A stretch of DNA of 64,000 nucleotides from Octopus vulgaris (taxonomy: Eukaryota). The stretch spans positions 24,924,001 through 24,988,000 of the forward strand of contig OX597833.1 in the NCBI GenBank assembly GCA_951406725.2, in the 5' to 3' direction. A program made the position numbers and the translations under genes. Shown here in pieces: positions 57,004-64,000 of this stretch. The first letter of the stretch is position 1, and each line of letters begins with the position of its first letter. The notes beneath the pieces are model-generated. The model saw only the letters and a list, made by a program, of their open reading frames with translations. It searched no databases and was not told where the DNA came from.

Positions 57004-57040
57004 GTTAGCAAGCTACTTACCACACAGCCACTCCGGCGCC
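57004..57040 (-). mobile_element. Displaced 5' end (A box) of the SINE at 52590
   Basis: AGCAAGCTACTTACCACACAGCCACTCCGGCGCC matches 16396-16429. Confidence 0.88.
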
Positions 57041-57847
57041 GTTCTATATATCTATATATCTATATAATATATATATAAATATATATATTATATTATATTA
57101 TATCATATTATATTATATTATATTATATTATATTATATTATATTATATATATATATATATATATATGACTTCGGGCAGTAACTAATGTCTGTCTGAGGTC
57201 AACCGCGCCAGCCTGCAAACAGTTCAGATTTCAGTTTCAAAACAACTCACCTCTGAAACCTAACTATGTACTGGGGGTCGATTCACTCGACTACAAATTT
57301 TTTAAAGTGTTGCCTGAAACAAGTAAAGGATAAAAGATCAATAAAACACACACACACGCGCGCGAACACACACACATTATATATGTTTATTTTGATTGGC
57401 AGATTGAAAGAAAATTAAATTGAAATATTTTGAGACTTCGCCAGAGGCAAATCCTTAACTGATTGTCAACTAAACTCTTTCGAATTTTGCATGAAATAAT
57501 AAAAACCAAACGTTAACAAATATTTGTTACAACTACATGCAGAGGCCATATAGTCTTCTCTAAATGAACTGAAAATTAAAGTACTATACATACATACATA
57601 TATACATACATACATACGTACATAAGCATTTGCATACATGTAGACATACATAGACACACACATATGTCCATGCGCGCGCGCGTGTGTGTAGAAATAATTG
57701 TATTTATGTCGATTTGTAAATTGAAGAATTACACAATTCTTTTAGTAGGGTATATATTTATACTTTCACGAGAACTGGGATGAGGGTGACTACAATATAT
57801 GGCTCAGCTAGCCTTTGTGAGCCTGTCCGGCGAAGGCTACCAGTCCG

Positions 57848-57884
<37 letters not shown>

Positions 57885-57905
57885 GGGTGTGTATATAAAT
57901 GTACA

Positions 57906-57985
<80 letters not shown>

Positions 57986-58249
57986 TATCTATCTCTCTAT
58001 CTCTCTCTATATATATATAATTAAGGATAACCTCTTAATAAGGAATTTTAACAAGAAATTATCAGGTAGATAGCGTGAAAAACCTCATAAGAGAAAAGAA
58101 TTCGAAATTAACTTTTTTCTCTTTGAACATATTAATTATATTTATATTGTATAGAGGGCATTATTAATATATATATATATATATATACACATATGCATAT
58201 ATATATGTATGTATAGATATGTAAGTATGTATATATACAGTTACAAACA

Positions 58250-58416
58250 TAGGGGCAGGAGTGGCTGTGTGGTAAGTAGCTTGCTTACCAACCGCATGGT
58301 TCCGGGTTCATTCCCACTGCGTGGAACCTTGGGCAAGTGTCTTCTACTATTGCCTCGGGCCGACCAGAGCCTTGTGATTAGATTTGGTAGACAGAAACTG
58401 AATGAAGCCTGTCATA

Positions 58417-58463
<47 letters not shown>

Positions 58464-58665
58464 TTGTGTGTCTATGTTTGTCCCCCCCAACATCGCTTGA
58501 CAACCGATCGTGGTATGTTTACTTCCCCGTAAATTAGCGGTTCGGCAAAGAGACCGATAGAATAAGTACTAGGCTTTTAAAGAATAAATCCTGGTGTCAA
58601 TTTGCTTGACTAAAGGCAGTGCTCCAGCACGACCGCAGTCAAATCACTAAAACAAGTAAAAGAGA
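58250..58665 (+). mobile_element. SINE family M, full length
   Basis: GGAGTGGCTGTGTGGTAAGTAGCTTGCT...GGTTCATTCCC...CCTTGGGCAAGTGTCTT...microsatellite...tail. Confidence 0.88.
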
Positions 58666-59544
58666 GTAAAGAGATTAATACATTCATGTATACATATGTA
58701 CATATGTATATATTTATAAGTACATATCTGATAATGATGGTTGTCCATTAGTGACCGAAGATTACCTCTTTGGCTATTGCTACCTGTTGGCTTCACCCGT
58801 GTTCGCGTCCGAATTTTCCATGCTTGCCGCGTTGTCTTACTTGACCGGGCATCGGACACCTCACCGGCGAGTGTGCAACTTAAAGATCTCAGTCTAGTAA
58901 GGCCTGCACAGCACTTGGCAGACAATCTCCACCCTATTGACATAATCCAGAGACAAGACTGAGTAAGATACCCAGTGTTAGTATGGGTCACAGGCACAGA
59001 AACATCTCCCCAAAGTGTTCAATGTCATTCTATGCATATTTGGTTTTATATCTGAATGAACTACTCCCAGAGACATGCTTTAGCAGAAACCTGGTAAATA
59101 TGTTTTACGAACATAACTAGTAACACTATTTATAATATTGGTTTCAAATTTTAGGACAAGGCCAGACTCGTATTTTATCGACACCGAAAGGTTGAAAGGC
59201 AAAGTCGACCTCGAAAAGTCGACCCGAAAATTTGAAAGGAAAAGCTGAACTTAGAACGTGAAGACGGGAGAAATGATGCTAATCATTTAATTAACTCTAT
59301 CAACAACTGATCAACACTTATATAAGCATTTTGAACTTTTCATAAGTAATAAAACATTCTTAAATAGAGAAGAAGTAATCGAAGTATTCGGACAGTTTAT
59401 CACAGCAAATGAATTTTTTTAAAGCTGAAATATATGACATAGAGAAACGTTGGACAAACGTCATAAATGAACGGATTGAACCAGTAGAATACCTTGGATT
59501 ATACAATCTCTAATGAGGACTTCACTGCATCGAATTTACTACAC

Positions 59545-59579
<35 letters not shown>

Positions 59580-59586
59580 CACGCAA

Positions 59587-59635
<49 letters not shown>

Positions 59636-59734
59636 ATAGTAATGGTAAGACAAGAAAAGAATGAAAGACACCTCGATATTATGTAAATAGAGGAATTTAT
59701 CTGTAATATATTATATTACAGATATATCAGGGGA

Positions 59735-60270
59735 TTAGGGAGGATGTTGCAAAATCTCATACTTCGGGCTTTGCAACTTTTGGACCGGAGCTTGGGGAGT
59801 GTGAGGACGTGCATTGTCATGGAGTAAAATTGGGCCATCTCTATTCATTAGTGTGGGTAGTTTCTTTTTATAATTCACATGCATACAATCAATTTCCTGG
59901 CAATACGATGTTGCTGTTACCATTTTCCCTTGCTGCAGTGATGAATAATGAATAACTCAGTTTCGCAGACCACCACAAAGTGACCACTAACTTTCTAGGG
60001 TGCAATAGTAGATTTGGATAGTATTTAGCTGACTCTCCTGCATCTAATCACTGTCCTGTCCTCCTGCTGTTGTCAAAGAGTATCCATTCCTCATCAGAAG
60101 TAATGACTTGATGCAAAAATGTTTTTTTTTTTCAGTCGAGGAAGCAAAAAGAGCAAACTTCAAGGCGTCTGTTTTTTTAAATCTCGTTCAGTTGATGTGG
60201 AACAAACCTATTTGTTTTCTTGACTTTTCCAATTTTTTATATGTGTCCAAAAAGTGTTGTGCGAGATGTA
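59735..60270 (-). mobile_element. Mariner transposase fragment
   Basis: LPTLMNRDGPILLHDNARPHT..VQKLQ..YEILQHPP; upstream degenerate ITSDEEWILFDN. Confidence 0.85.
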
Positions 60271-60333
60271 GGGCATGGCCGCACTCAAAGACTGAAATGT
60301 GTAAAAGAAGAAAAGAATATATATGTATGAATG

Positions 60334-60370
<37 letters not shown>

Positions 60371-60375
<5 letters not shown>

Positions 60376-63300
60376 CAATTAAGGAACGGCCATAATAGGC
60401 CATTCACCCACTAGAAATAACAGCCAAAGCTTCTACCGCAAATAAAGATCAATTCCGTAAACAGGAGAAAATTAAAAAAACATTTACCCTGTAATTTCTT
60501 GTACGGTATACCGTTTCATCTGCTGTTTAATGGTAAACTAACCTGATTAAATTAAATCAAGCCAATCTTCCATAAGCCCTCAGATTCTTCAGCAAGAAAT
60601 AGCTCAAGTCGGAACAGATATTTACACGAGGCATACTCAATCCTGCCAAGGCAATATCTGACCTAAAATTTTCAAATCGTCGCACTCGCGCCAAATTTAT
60701 CGGCAGCAAATAAATCGTCGATTCCATTACGGAATTAACCAAAAAATTCATAATTAATCAATATAGGGTGGCAAGGAAAATTTTGTAGAATTTTTTTTTT
60801 GCCACCAGCGGCCCAGTGGGAAAAAATTAAATAGTCATAGACCATTTTTAAGTTCAACATTAACAATTAAGGAACGGCCATAATAGGCCATTCACCCACT
60901 AGAAATAACAGCCAAAGCTTCTACCGCAAATAAAGATCAATTCCGTAAACAGGAGAAAATTAAAAAAACATTTACCCTGTAATTTCTTGTACGGTATACC
61001 GTTTCATCTGCTGTTTAATGGTAAACTAACCTGATTAAATTAAATCAAGCCAATCTTCCATAAGCCCTCAGATTCTTCAGCAAGAAATAGCTCAAGTCGG
61101 AACAGATATTTACACGAGGCATACCCAATCCTGCCAAGGCAATATCTGACCTAAAATTTTCAAATCGTCGCACTCGCGCCAAATTTATCGGCAGCAAATA
61201 AATCGTCGATTCCATTACGGAATTAACCAAAAAATTCATAATTAATCAATATAGGGTGGCAAGGAAAATTTTGTAGAATTTTTTTTGCCACCAGCGGCCC
61301 AGTGGGAAAAAATTAAATAGTCATAGACCATTTTTAAGTTCAACATTAACAATTAAGGAACGGCCATAATAGGCCATTCACCCACTAGAAATAACAGCCA
61401 AAGCTTCTACCGCAAATAAAGATCAATTCCGTAAACAGGAGAAAATTAAAAAAACATTTACCCTGTAATTTCTTGTACGGTATACCGTTTCATCTGCTGT
61501 TTAATGGTAAACTAACCTGATTAAATTAAATCAAGCCAATCTTCCATAAGCCCTCAGATTCTTCAGCAAGAAATAGCTCAAGTCGGAACAGATATTTACA
61601 CGAGGCATACCCAATCCTGCCAAGGCAATATCTGACCTAAAATTTTCAAATCGTCGCACTCGCGCCAAATTTATCGGCAGCAAATAAATCGTCGATTCCA
61701 TTACGGAATTAACCAAAAAATTCATAATTAATCAATATAGGGTGGCAAGGAAAATTTTGTAGAATTTTTTTTTTTTTGCCACCAGCGGCCCAGTGGGAAA
61801 AAATTAAATAGTCATAGACCATTTTTAAGTTCAACATTAACAATTAAGGAACGGCCATAATAGGCCATTCACCCACTAGAAATAACAGCCAAAGCTTCTA
61901 CCGCAAATAAAGATCAATTCCGTAAACAGGAGAAAATTAAAAAAACATTTACCCTGTAATTTCTTGTACGGTATACCGTTTCATCTGCTGTTTAATGGTA
62001 AACTAACCTGATTAAATTAAATCAAGCCAATCTTCCATAAGCCCTCAGATTCTTCAGCAAGAAATAGCTCAAGTCGGAACAGATATTTACACGAGGCATA
62101 CCCAATCCTGCCAAGGCAATATCTGACCTAAAATTTTCAAATCGTCGCACTCGCGCCAAATTTATCGGCAGCAAATAAATCGTCGATTCCATTACGGAAT
62201 TAACCAAAAAATTCATAATTAATCAATATAGGGTGGCAAGGAAAATTTTGTAGAATTTTTTTTGCCACCAGCGGCCCAGTGGGAAAAAATTAAATAGTCA
62301 TAGACCATTTTTAAGTTCAACATTAACAATTAAGGAACGGCCATAATAGGCCATTCACCCACTAGAAATAACAGCCAAAGCTTCTACCGCAAATAAAGAT
62401 CAATTCCGTAAACAGGAGAAAATTAAAAAAACATTTACCCTGTAATTTCTTGTACGGTATACCGTTTCATCTGCTGTTTAATGGTAAACTAACCTGATTA
62501 AATTAAATCAAGCCAATCTTCCATAAGCCCTCAGATTCTTCAGCAAGAAATAGCTCAAGTCGGAACAGATATTTACACGAGGCATACCCAATCCTGCCAA
62601 GGCAATATCTGACCTAAAATTTTCAAATCGTCGCACTCGCGCCAAATTTATCGGCAGCAAATAAATCGTCGATTCCATTACGGAATTAACTAAAAAATTC
62701 ATAATTAATCAATATAGGGTGGCAAGGAAAATTTTGTAGAATTTTTTTTGCCACCAGCGGCCCAGTGGGAAAAAATTAAATAGTCATAGACCATTTTTAA
62801 GTTCAACATTAACAATTAAGGAACGGCCATAATAGGCCATTCACCCACTAGAAATAACAGCCAAAGCTTCTACCGCAAATAAAGATCAATTCCGTAAACA
62901 GGAGAAAATTAAAAAAACATTTACCCTGTAATTTCTTGTACGGTATACCGTTTCATCTGCTGTTTAATGGTAAACTAACCTGATTAAATTAAATCAAGCC
63001 AATCTTCCATAAGCCCTCAGATTCTTCAGCAAGAAATAGCTCAAGTCGGAACAGATATTTACACGAGGCATACCCAATCCTGCCAAGGCAATATCTGACC
63101 TAAAATTTTCAAATCGTCGCACTCGCGCCAAATTTATCGGCAGCAAATAAATCGTCGATTCCATTACGGAATTAACCAAAAAATTCATAATTAATCAATA
63201 TAGGGTGGCAAGGAAAATTTTGTAGAATTTTTTTTTTTGCCACCAGCGGCCCAGTGGGAAAAAATTAAATAGTCATAGACCATTTTTAAGTTCAACATTA

Positions 63301-64000
63301 ACAATTAAGGAACGGCCATAATAGGCCATTCACCCACTAGAAATAACAGCCAAAGCTTCTACCGCAAATAAAGATCAATTCCGTAAACAGGAGAAAATTA
63401 AAAAAACATTTACCCTGTAATTTCTTGTACGGTATACCGTTTCATCTGCTGTTTAATGGTAAACTAACCTGATTAAATTAAATCAAGCCAATCTTCCATA
63501 AGCCCTCAGATTCTTCAGCAAGAAATAGCTCAAGTCGGAACAGATATTTACACGAGGCATACCCAATCCTGCCAAGGCAATATCTGACCTAAAATTTTCA
63601 AATCGTCGCACTCGCGCCAAATTTATCGGCAGCAAATAAATCGTCGATTCCATTACGGAATTAACCAAAAAATTCATAATTAATCAATATAGGGTGGCAA
63701 GGAAAATTTTGTAGAATTTTTTGCCACCAGCGGCCCAGTGGGAAAAAATTAAATAGTCATAGACCATTTTTAAGTTCAACATTAACAATTAAGGAACGGC
63801 CATAATAGGCCATTCACCCACTAGAAATAACAGCCAAAGCTTCTACCGCAAATAAAGATCAATTCCGTAAACAGGAGAAAATTAAAAAAACATTTACCCT
63901 GTAATTTCTTGTACGGTATACCGTTTCATCTGCTGTTTAATGGTAAACTAACCTGATTAAATTAAATCAAGCCAATCTTCCATAAGCCCTCAGATTCTTC
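60371..64000. repeat. Tandem array of a ~487-bp unit, 7 full units plus a partial, running off the window
   Basis: Unit starts 60371, 60859, 61345, 61836, 62322, 62808, 63297, 63781; differences seen are T-run length and two substitutions. Confidence 0.98.

Noticed and set aside
60557-63677. Repeated 64-aa ORF in the array; also CRISPR, rDNA or snRNA array
   Set aside because: No protein motif and identity follows from the repeat; no variable spacers; no recognisable 5S, U snRNA or tRNA sequence.

Overview
Eukaryotic, AT-rich, microsatellite-saturated non-coding DNA. The tRNA-derived SINE families and repeat mix resemble an octopus (coleoid cephalopod) genome; this is inferred from recall, not a search. 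No intact host gene is visible, and most ORF-track entries are microsatellite artefacts. There is one plausible start-codon exon on the minus strand (41487-41538). The window holds decayed retroelements (Penelope GIY-YIG, RTE, CR1, R4/Dong-like), mariners (one near full length plus its MITE), a hAT MITE, many SINEs and a ~487-bp tandem array running off the end. Best observations: (1) two diverged ~2-kb ORF1-only L1/Tx1-like elements inserted head-to-tail at the same site in a SINE tRNA head, with three copies of the target sequence; (2) a minimal type I hammerhead motif with a U3:A8 variant core downstream of a Penelope endonuclease; (3) two long inverted repeats; (4) head/tail module shuffling among SINEs.
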